A DNA stretch of 48,162 nucleotides, taken from Nostoc sp. (GTDB lineage Bacteria; Cyanobacteriota; Cyanobacteriia; Cyanobacteriales; Nostocaceae). The position numbers and the translations under genes were made by a program. The DNA lies in the NCBI GenBank assembly GCA_036918135.1, contig JBALDB010000041.1, forward strand, positions 1 to 48,162. Direction: 5' to 3'. Position 1 is the first letter of the stretch. Each line of letters starts with the position of its first letter. The notes beneath the pieces were generated by a model. The model saw only the letters and a program-made list of their open reading frames with translations, did no database searches and was not told where the DNA came from. Below are positions 41,078 through 48,162 of this stretch, piece by piece.

Positions 41078-42601
41078 GTGAATCAAAGCCCATTTACATC
41101 TTCAATTAGTACGGGCTTGCTTGCCAATCGTTATCAACTCAAGCAATTAATTGGCAGCGGTGGTATGGGGGAAGTTTTTTTAGCAAATGATATTTTGTTA
41201 GGCGGGACACCAGTTGCTGTCAAGTTTTTGACTCAAACTGTTATTGATAGCAAAATGCAACAAGATTTTACTCGTGAAGCTTTAATGAGTGCAGCTTTGA
41301 GTCAAAAAAGCGTACATATTGTGCGAGCGTATGATTATGGTGTCAGTGACAAAGGAAAACCATACTACGTTATGGAATATCTATCCGGGAAGAGTTTAAA
41401 GGATTTAATTCCGTTATCCTTGCCGATGTTTTTAACTATCTGCCGACAAATTTGTTTGGGTTTACAGTGTGCCCATCAAGGTATTAATATTGATGGGAAA
41501 ATTTGTCCGTTAGTTCATAGGGATATTAAACCTGCAAATATATTAGTTATTCCCGATCCAATATTGGGTCATTTAGTTAAAATTTTAGATTTTGGTATTG
41601 CTAAATTTTTAAATTATACATCAACAGCTAGTACAAGTAGAGGGTTTAACGGAACTTTGCCCTATTGTTCTCCAGAACAACTAGATGGGGAAAAATTAGA
41701 TGGTCGCTCTGATATTTATAGCCTGGGTGTGATGATGTTTGAAATGCTCACAGGCAAAAAACCTTGGCAACCAGAAACTGACTACTTTGGTGCTTGGTAT
41801 AAAGCACATCACTTTCAACTACCAAAAACGCTCACAGATGTAAAACCCACTCTGAAATTCCCTGAAAAACTCAGTAATTTAATCATGGCTTGTTTGGCTA
41901 AAAAAGCAAGCGATCGCCCACAAAATATTGCTCAACTTTTACAAGTTATTAACAGTTTAGAACAATCTAATTGTCCGATACTTACAACTCTAGCTTCTAA
42001 ATCCATCCTCAGCCGTCCCTTAGATTCTGGCTTAACAATCACATTAGAACAAACCTGTCGGCAACTTTCCTGGCCTGAGAATAAACCAATTCAAGAAATT
42101 GTTTTTCCCCAGCTTGTAGACACCGGACAGAAATCTGTAGCAGCACTGTGGTTGATGCTACCTAAATTAGAAATCAAAAACTATGCTGTTGCTACCCGTT
42201 ACAATCAATTTATTTTCATGACATCCCCGCACCCAATGCTGTTGTGGGTGACTGTACTCTATCATCGGGAACTAGCCCCTAAGTGGCTACCCTGCTACTT
42301 AGATATGCAAAATCTTCAAAATCGTAAGTTGGTGAGTTTTCTGGCTGAAAATGAACGTTACCCGTTGATTTTCTCTAGTCTGGAAGCACCACATTCCTGT
42401 GCTAATGTTCTTAGCAGTCGCATTGATCCAACTCAGCGGCAAATGTTAAAAACTTGGGTGGAACAGAGTCAGAACCTACCACCTACTTCTCAACCCCACT
42501 TGAGTAAACAGCTATTAAAGCAGCAGTATACACAAATCCAATCCCGCATATTGCAACATCTAGAATCAAAGCCTCAGGTTGTATTATCTGGGTCTGTTTA
42601 A
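41078..42601 (+). CDS. Hanks-type Ser/Thr protein kinase, SpkA-like (copy 2)
   Basis: GSGGMG, HRDIKPAN, DFG, SPE; same C-terminal domain (WPENKP, HPMLLWVTVLY, WLPCYLD). Confidence 0.92.
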   Translation: MNQSPFTSSISTGLLANRYQLKQLIGSGGMGEVFLANDILLGGTPVAVKFLTQTVIDSKMQQDFTREALMSAALSQKSVHIVRAYDYGVSDKGKPYYVMEYLSGKSLKDLIPLSLPMFLTICRQICLGLQCAHQGINIDGKICPLVHRDIKPANILVIPDPILGHLVKILDFGIAKFLNYTSTASTSRGFNGTLPYCSPEQLDGEKLDGRSDIYSLGVMMFEMLTGKKPWQPETDYFGAWYKAHHFQLPKTLTDVKPTLKFPEKLSNLIMACLAKKASDRPQNIAQLLQVINSLEQSNCPILTTLASKSILSRPLDSGLTITLEQTCRQLSWPENKPIQEIVFPQLVDTGQKSVAALWLMLPKLEIKNYAVATRYNQFIFMTSPHPMLLWVTVLYHRELAPKWLPCYLDMQNLQNRKLVSFLAENERYPLIFSSLEAPHSCANVLSSRIDPTQRQMLKTWVEQSQNLPPTSQPHLSKQLLKQQYTQIQSRILQHLESKPQVVLSGSV

Positions 42602-42706
42602 ATAAGAAACTAACCCATTTGCAGGTCAAACTAGGGACTGACAAATAAAAAATATCCCACTGTTGACACTCAACAGTCAACAACGCTTGGAAAGACGAAG
42701 CAAAAA

Positions 42707-42813
42707 TATAGCAGGAGGCAGAAGGCAGTTCTTGCTGGAGGCAGCAGGTAAAACATTACTATTTCTAGCATCTAGGCTTTCAAGATGTCCTAACCTTTAA
42801 TTCGCTTGCTATA
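42707..42813. mobile_element. 107-bp MITE-like element
   Basis: Terminal inverted repeat TATAGCA / TGCTATA; related partial copy at 17052-17149. Confidence 0.55.
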
Positions 42814-42839
42814 ATTCCTCATTGTTCGCTCAAAAACAC

Positions 42840-42868
42840 TTGACAATTACAAAAAAAATAGCGATAAT
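42840..42868 (+). promoter_or_regulatory. Sigma70-type promoter of tRNA-Asp
   Basis: TTGACA (42840-42845), 17-nt spacer, GATAAT (42863-42868). Confidence 0.75.
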
Positions 42869-42885
42869 AGCAAAGTTGCCAACAA

Positions 42886-42959
42886 GGGACTGTAGTTCAA
42901 TTGGTTAGAGCACCGCCCTGTCACGGCGGAAGTTGCGGGTTCGAGCCCCGTCAGTCCCG
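42886..42959 (+). tRNA. trnD: tRNA-Asp (GTC)
   Basis: Acceptor stem GGGACTG/CAGTCCC, anticodon arm CCGCC-CTGTCAC-GGCGG, T loop GGTTCGAG; CCA not encoded. Confidence 0.97.
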
Positions 42960-43135
42960 TTTGAAAATTATAAGTAGTGAGTGTTGATTGTTGACTCTTA
43001 AAAGAATCTAACTGAGCTATTTGGTATTGTGATAACTCAGTACAGACATAGAGGAATTGTATCTCTAAGGACTCAGGGCTTAGAGTTTAAATATAAGCTA
43101 CATTTATTCATGCTTTGTAAAAGAGAGAATTAACT

Positions 43136-44581
43136 GTGACTGTCAGAGTACGTCTTGCGCCGAGTCCGACTGGAAATTTACATATTGGTTCAGCGAGAAC
43201 AGGTGTATTTAACTGGTTATTTGCCCGTCACCACGGCGGAAAGTTCATTTTGAGAATAGAAGACACAGACCTAGAGCGATCGCGTCCTGAATATACTGAA
43301 AATATCCTTGAAGGACTGCGCTGGCTAGGACTGAACTGGGATGAAGGGCCATTTTTTCAATCCCAACGCCTGGATCTTTATAAACAAGCAGTACAAAAAC
43401 TGCTAGATGAAGGATTAGCTTATCGCTGTTACACCAGTGCCGAAGAACTAGAGGCTCTGCGAGAAGCTCAGAAAGCTAGAGGTGAAGCTCCCCGCTATGA
43501 CAACCGTCACCGCAATCTCACCCCAGAACAACGCGCCGCTTTTGAAGCAGAAGGTCGTTCTTCTGTGATTCGCTTCAAAATCGAAGATGAGCGGGAAATT
43601 ATCTGGAACGACCTAGTGCGCGGAAAAATGTCTTGGCGAGGTAGTGATTTAGGTGGTGATATGGTAATCGCGCGCGCCTCAGAAGAGGAAAGCGGTCAAC
43701 CTTTATACAACTTTGTAGTTGTAGTGGATGATATAGATATGCAAATCACCCATGTGATTCGGGGAGAAGACCACATCGCCAATACAGCCAAGCAAATTTT
43801 GTTGTATGAAGCTTTGGGAGCAAAAATTCCGGAGTTTGCCCACTCGCCACTAATTTTAAACAAGGATGGACGCAAGCTTTCCAAGCGGGATGGCGTCACT
43901 TCCATTTCTGACTTTCAGCAAATGGGCTTTACCGCCGAAGGCTTGGTGAATTACATGACATTACTTGGTTGGTCGCCGCCAGATTCAACTCAAGAAATAT
44001 TTACTTTAGAAACAGCAGCTAAGGAGTTTAGTTTTGAGCGCGTCAATAAAGCAGGTGCAAAATTTGACTGGGACAAGCTGGATTGGTTGAACAGTCAGTA
44101 TATTCACAATATGCCTGTAGAGCAACTCACAGATTTACTCATACCCTATTGGCAAACAGCTGGGTATAAATTTGACGGTGGACGCACTCGCCCTTGGTTA
44201 GAACAACTAGTAGCTTTAATTAGCCAAAGCTTGACTCGATTAGTAGATGCTGTAGGTATGAGTCAATTGTTTTTCAGCAACACAGTTGAATTTAGCGACG
44301 AAGCCAATACACAACTCAAGCAAGAAGGTTCTGCTGCTGTCTTGGAGGGGATTGTCACAGCTTTGCAAAATCAGCCACAACTCTCGGAGGAATCTGCTCA
44401 GGACATCATTAAACAAGTGGTCAAAGAGCAAAAAGTCAAAAAAGGCTTAGTAATGCGATCGCTCAGAGCAGCTTTAACTGGAGACGTTCATGGCCCTGAC
44501 CTCATCCAATCTTGGTTACTACTCAATCAAATTGGTTTAGATCGACCGCGCTTAAGTACAGCAATGACGCAAGTCAATTAG
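43136..44581 (+). CDS. gltX: Glutamate--tRNA ligase
   Basis: [31 protein letters not shown]. Confidence 0.97.
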   Translation: MTVRVRLAPSPTGNLHIGSARTGVFNWLFARHHGGKFILRIEDTDLERSRPEYTENILEGLRWLGLNWDEGPFFQSQRLDLYKQAVQKLLDEGLAYRCYTSAEELEALREAQKARGEAPRYDNRHRNLTPEQRAAFEAEGRSSVIRFKIEDEREIIWNDLVRGKMSWRGSDLGGDMVIARASEEESGQPLYNFVVVVDDIDMQITHVIRGEDHIANTAKQILLYEALGAKIPEFAHSPLILNKDGRKLSKRDGVTSISDFQQMGFTAEGLVNYMTLLGWSPPDSTQEIFTLETAAKEFSFERVNKAGAKFDWDKLDWLNSQYIHNMPVEQLTDLLIPYWQTAGYKFDGGRTRPWLEQLVALISQSLTRLVDAVGMSQLFFSNTVEFSDEANTQLKQEGSAAVLEGIVTALQNQPQLSEESAQDIIKQVVKEQKVKKGLVMRSLRAALTGDVHGPDLIQSWLLLNQIGLDRPRLSTAMTQVN

Positions 44582-44630
44582 CAATTATAACAGAGTGGGA
44601 AGTAGGGAGATGTCAGCAATAAGGTGTTGA

Positions 44631-44741
44631 GGGTAGGGTGTGGCTGAGTGTGAAGACGGCACGTTTTTAGAGCTTAGAACTCTGACCAATGCAATCGTCC
44701 TTGATGACGGGGCTTGTAAACCTTGGGTTTTGGGCTATCCC
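44631..44741. ncRNA. Candidate structured RNA (unassigned)
   Basis: Nested complementary segments GGGTAG/CTATCC, GACGG/TCGTC, AGAG/CTCT in a non-repetitive intergenic core. Confidence 0.3.
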
Positions 44742-44906
44742 TTCCCCCATATCCCACACCCCACACCCCGCCCCAACCGAGCTTAGTAACTCCCCACTCC
44801 CCATTCCCCCTTTCAAACTCAAACAGGTAGTCAATTCTCCTCATATTGGGAACTTGGTGTGTAAAATCCATGTCTTCAAAAACACTTAGAAGCAAACCTA
44901 ATTACA

Positions 44907-45398
44907 ATGCCGACAAAAGCGCTCAAAAGAGGGATGAGATTATCGTTGATGATAGTTACGCTCTTCATCACTTCAGTTAATGTCATAACTGATGCCCAAG
45001 AAGCGCCAACGATATTTGGAGATCTTACTATTAGCCCTCAGTTTTCCCCAGACCCACTAACAGTTCGTGGGATGAGTGGTGGCTCAATATCTGGGAATCA
45101 AGTAGCTGGTAGAACTGAAACAGTCACCGGTCCTTGTACTGGATTTGTTGATGAAACAACAGACCACACATTAGTATTAACAAGTAAATTTGACTACCTA
45201 AAGCTACAAGTTCAAAGCCCTGAAGACACGACCATAATTATTAAGGGACCCGGTGGCACTTGGTGCAATGACGATTTTAATGGTAAAAATGCTGGCATTG
45301 TTGGTGAGTGGCTAGCTGGAACTTACCAAATTTGGGTTGGTTCTTACGAGAAAGGCAAGTATCTTCCTTACACTTTACAAATTACAGAAGTTAAGTAG
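44907..45398 (+). CDS. Secreted hypothetical protein (PPC-like beta-sandwich)
   Basis: Signal-like N-terminus; CTGFV, DTT..I.GPGG.WCNDD, GTYQIWVGSY. Confidence 0.78.
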   Translation: MPTKALKRGMRLSLMIVTLFITSVNVITDAQEAPTIFGDLTISPQFSPDPLTVRGMSGGSISGNQVAGRTETVTGPCTGFVDETTDHTLVLTSKFDYLKLQVQSPEDTTIIIKGPGGTWCNDDFNGKNAGIVGEWLAGTYQIWVGSYEKGKYLPYTLQITEVK

Positions 45399-46042
45399 GG
45401 CATTGGAAGTGTTGACTGTTAACTAATGACTGTTGAGCCTTACCAAAGACGTTTCCTGTCTTCTTTGGTGAGAAGTTATTCTCCTTTTTCCCCGTACCGC
45501 TGTTGTTAAGTAAGCTACAAGAGCGTCTCCCTTAGGAGCAGGCGCACAAGCGGCATACCACCCGCTACGAATGAAATAAACAAGTCAAATCCTCTTCCCT
45601 TCTGCCTTGAAAGTGCTGAGTGCTGAGTAAAAATACTAGTTCCTAACCCCCTGCTCCCTGCTCCCTGCCTATTTTCATACTTAGTGATGTACGAAGTTCA
45701 TGGGGACTGCCTTCTACCCTCTGCCTCCTGCCTTGTTTCTTGAAAGAAGTTCGTCAGCGCCGACTTGTGGCGGTGGTGACTTGTGTGGTTATCTCCTTGT
45801 CTCTCCACTCCGTTTCCTCTTTCTTTTCTCGTGCAATATTGTATTAAAATTAAGTTAACTTTAATTAAGATTCTTGTTGGCATAGCCATAATAGCCTAGA
45901 GCTTGTATGACAGTGCATATCAGAAGTCAAATTAAACAAAATGGATTTATGAACATCCGTTTAAGGCCTCAAAGTGACAGAATGATCGACCATTCGGTTA
46001 CTAAGGCTAATGAGTTGTATAGGCATCTAGAGGCAAATTAAG

Positions 46043-47929
46043 ATGAAATTCTCTTGGAAAGTCCTGGTACTCTGGACCTTGCCTGCTTTGGTAATTGGCT
46101 TTTTCTTCTGGCAAGGGGCTTTTGCAGGTGCGCCTGCGGATATGAGTAAAAATGCAGCTAACACTCGGATGACCTATGGTCGCTTCCTGGAATACTTGGA
46201 TGCCGATCGCGTCACCAGTGTGGATCTGTATGAAGGCGGTAGGACAGCAATTTTAGAAGCCCGCGACCCAGATATTGAAAATCACATCCAAAGGTGGCGG
46301 GTGGATCTGCCCGTTAACGCCCCTGAGTTAATTAGCAAGCTTAAAGAAAAGGGAATTAGTTTTGATGCTCACCCCATGCGGAATGATGGCGCAATTTGGG
46401 GATTATTGGGCAATCTGGTATTTCCAATTTTATTGATTACTGGGTTATTCTTTTTGTTCCGGCGTTCTAGCAACCTTCCTGGCGGCCCCGGTCAAGCAAT
46501 GAACTTCGGCAAGTCCCGCGCCCGTTTCCAAATGGAGGCAAAAACCGGAGTCAAATTTGATGATGTAGCTGGGATTGAAGAAGCCAAGGAAGAACTCCAA
46601 GAAGTTGTCACCTTCCTCAAACAGCCAGAAAGATTTACAGCTGTGGGCGCACGCATTCCCAAAGGAGTGCTGTTAGTCGGACCTCCCGGAACTGGTAAAA
46701 CTTTATTAGCAAAAGCGATCGCTGGCGAAGCAGGCGTACCTTTCTTCAGTATTTCTGGTTCGGAATTCGTCGAAATGTTCGTTGGTGTGGGTGCATCCCG
46801 CGTCCGCGATTTGTTCAAGAAAGCTAAAGATAACGCCCCCTGTATCATCTTCATTGATGAAATCGACGCTGTAGGTAGACAACGGGGTGCTGGTATCGGT
46901 GGCGGTAACGACGAAAGAGAGCAAACCCTCAACCAACTGCTAACTGAGATGGACGGGTTTGAAGGTAACACAGGCATCATTATTATTGCTGCTACTAACC
47001 GTCCCGACGTATTAGACGCTGCATTGTTGCGTCCCGGTCGCTTTGACCGCCAAGTAACGGTAGATTCACCCGATATCAAAGGGCGTTTGGAAATCTTACA
47101 AGTTCACGCGCGCAACAAGAAACTAGATCCTAGCGTATCCTTAGAAGCGATCGCTCGCCGCACTCCTGGATTTACTGGTGCTGATTTAGCCAACTTACTC
47201 AACGAAGCGGCAATTCTCACCGCCAGAAGACGTAAAGAAGGTATCACCATCCGCGAAATTGATGATGCGGTGGATCGGGTAGTTGCTGGGATGGAAGGTA
47301 CTCCATTGGTAGACAGCAAGAGCAAGCGCTTAATTGCCTACCATGAAATTGGACATGCTTTGGTGGGGACTTTGTTAAAAGACCACGACCCAGTGCAGAA
47401 AGTTACCTTGATTCCACGCGGACAAGCACAAGGTTTGACCTGGTTCACTCCCGACGAAGAACAAGGGTTAATTTCTCGTTCCCAATTAAAAGCCAGGATT
47501 ACTGGTGCTTTGGGTGGTCGCGCCGCCGAAGAGGTGATTTTTGGCCCTGCGGAAGTAACCACTGGCGCTGGTGGAGATTTACAACAGTTGTCAGGAATGG
47601 CACGGCAAATGGTAACCCGGTTTGGGATGTCCGATTTAGGGCCACTGTCGCTGGAAAGCCAACAGGGAGAAGTGTTCTTAGGTCGTGACTGGATGACTAG
47701 ATCCGATTATTCCGAAGCGATCGCTTCTCGGATTGATGCTCAAGTTAGAGCGATCGTCGAAGATTGCTACGAAAATTCTAAGAAGATCATCCGCGACCAT
47801 CGTACCGTCACCGATCGCTTAGTAGATTTGCTCATCGAAAAAGAAACCATTGACGGCGAAGAATTCCGTCAGATTGTGGCTGAGTACGCTGAAGTACCTG
47901 AGAAACAGCAGTACGTACCACAACTGTAA
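46043..47929 (+). CDS. ftsH2: ATP-dependent zinc metalloprotease FtsH (FtsH2 type)
   Basis: Two TMs, [37 protein letters not shown]. Confidence 0.95.
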   Translation: MKFSWKVLVLWTLPALVIGFFFWQGAFAGAPADMSKNAANTRMTYGRFLEYLDADRVTSVDLYEGGRTAILEARDPDIENHIQRWRVDLPVNAPELISKLKEKGISFDAHPMRNDGAIWGLLGNLVFPILLITGLFFLFRRSSNLPGGPGQAMNFGKSRARFQMEAKTGVKFDDVAGIEEAKEELQEVVTFLKQPERFTAVGARIPKGVLLVGPPGTGKTLLAKAIAGEAGVPFFSISGSEFVEMFVGVGASRVRDLFKKAKDNAPCIIFIDEIDAVGRQRGAGIGGGNDEREQTLNQLLTEMDGFEGNTGIIIIAATNRPDVLDAALLRPGRFDRQVTVDSPDIKGRLEILQVHARNKKLDPSVSLEAIARRTPGFTGADLANLLNEAAILTARRRKEGITIREIDDAVDRVVAGMEGTPLVDSKSKRLIAYHEIGHALVGTLLKDHDPVQKVTLIPRGQAQGLTWFTPDEEQGLISRSQLKARITGALGGRAAEEVIFGPAEVTTGAGGDLQQLSGMARQMVTRFGMSDLGPLSLESQQGEVFLGRDWMTRSDYSEAIASRIDAQVRAIVEDCYENSKKIIRDHRTVTDRLVDLLIEKETIDGEEFRQIVAEYAEVPEKQQYVPQL

Positions 47930-47975
47930 TAGTTGACTCTTTTTTAGGTTAATACCTACAAATGAGCAAAAAATT

Positions 47976-48010
47976 AAATGAGGATGGCACATACCATTCT
48001 CATTTTTTTA
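47976..48010 (+). terminator. Intrinsic terminator after ftsH
   Basis: AAATGAGGATGG-cacata-CCATTCTCATTT followed by a T run. Confidence 0.75.
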
Positions 48011-48073
48011 TGAATGTTTTTATATAAATTTTGATAATTCACGCTTAATGTGAGGGTGTTGTCCTACTATTTT

Positions 48074-48162
48074 AACGTGAGTTCGACGGTGAAAAAAAGG
48101 CAAAAAGCTTGCTATGCCTGAATTTGTACAACTGGGTAAGCAGTAGGCGATCGCTATAATTA
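48074..48162 (+). mobile_element. Truncated end of an IS/MITE-like dispersed repeat (terminus AACGTGAGTTCGACGG)
   Basis: Aligns with the reverse complement of 1-95. Confidence 0.6.

Larger units (their letters stand above)
1..48162. repeat. HIP1 octamer GCGATCGC, dozens of dispersed copies
   Basis: Seen repeatedly, e.g. near 15, 216, 5753, 9020, 22126 and 47148. Confidence 0.9.

Noticed and set aside
42886..42959. tRNA-Asp as the integration site of an island
   Set aside because: No duplicated tRNA 3' end or integrase seen; the flanks are core genes.
44674..44895. Two opposing short ORFs after gltX
   Set aside because: Their sequence is largely low-complexity CCCCA-type repeat translation; no recognisable protein features.
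46492..47562. Minus-strand ORFs within ftsH (and similar ones within psbB, rps1 and the RND genes)
   Set aside because: Typical antisense shadows of codon-biased conserved genes.
1..48162. Whole window as a composite transposon or prophage
   Set aside because: Content is housekeeping (psbB, rps1, gltX, ftsH) with no transposase, integrase or phage genes.

Overview
Chromosomal segment of a heterocyst-forming (Nostocales-type) cyanobacterium, judged from dense HIP1 GCGATCGC octamers, heptameric STRR tracts, small dispersed palindromic repeats and the gene content. It is mostly core genes: psbB-psbT-rps1, ndhP (psbT and ndhP are missing from the ORF track), a peptide ABC transporter, an RND pump, two tandem SpkA-like Ser/Thr kinases, tRNA-Asp, gltX and ftsH2. 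The most unusual part is a ~5.7 kb accessory block (11733-17432) between two convergent ABC permease genes. It holds a PD-(D/E)XK-fold gene with an apparent catalytic E-to-K change, a membrane-anchored Cys-containing protein, a divergent promoter with phased CCGGAA-N6-TTCCGG palindromes, an HTH-STAND ATPase coupled to a second STAND ATPase with ~40 GVA(L/F/V) glycine-zipper repeats, and a 21-bp tandem array. Other points: mirrored 79-bp repeats around a TM0106 nuclease gene, a candidate structured RNA after gltX, a small ORF broken by one TGA, nested small repeats and MITEs, and related repeat termini at both window ends. I saw no CRISPR array, rRNA, transposase, integrase or reverse transcriptase. 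All family assignments come from motif recognition by eye; no database search was run.
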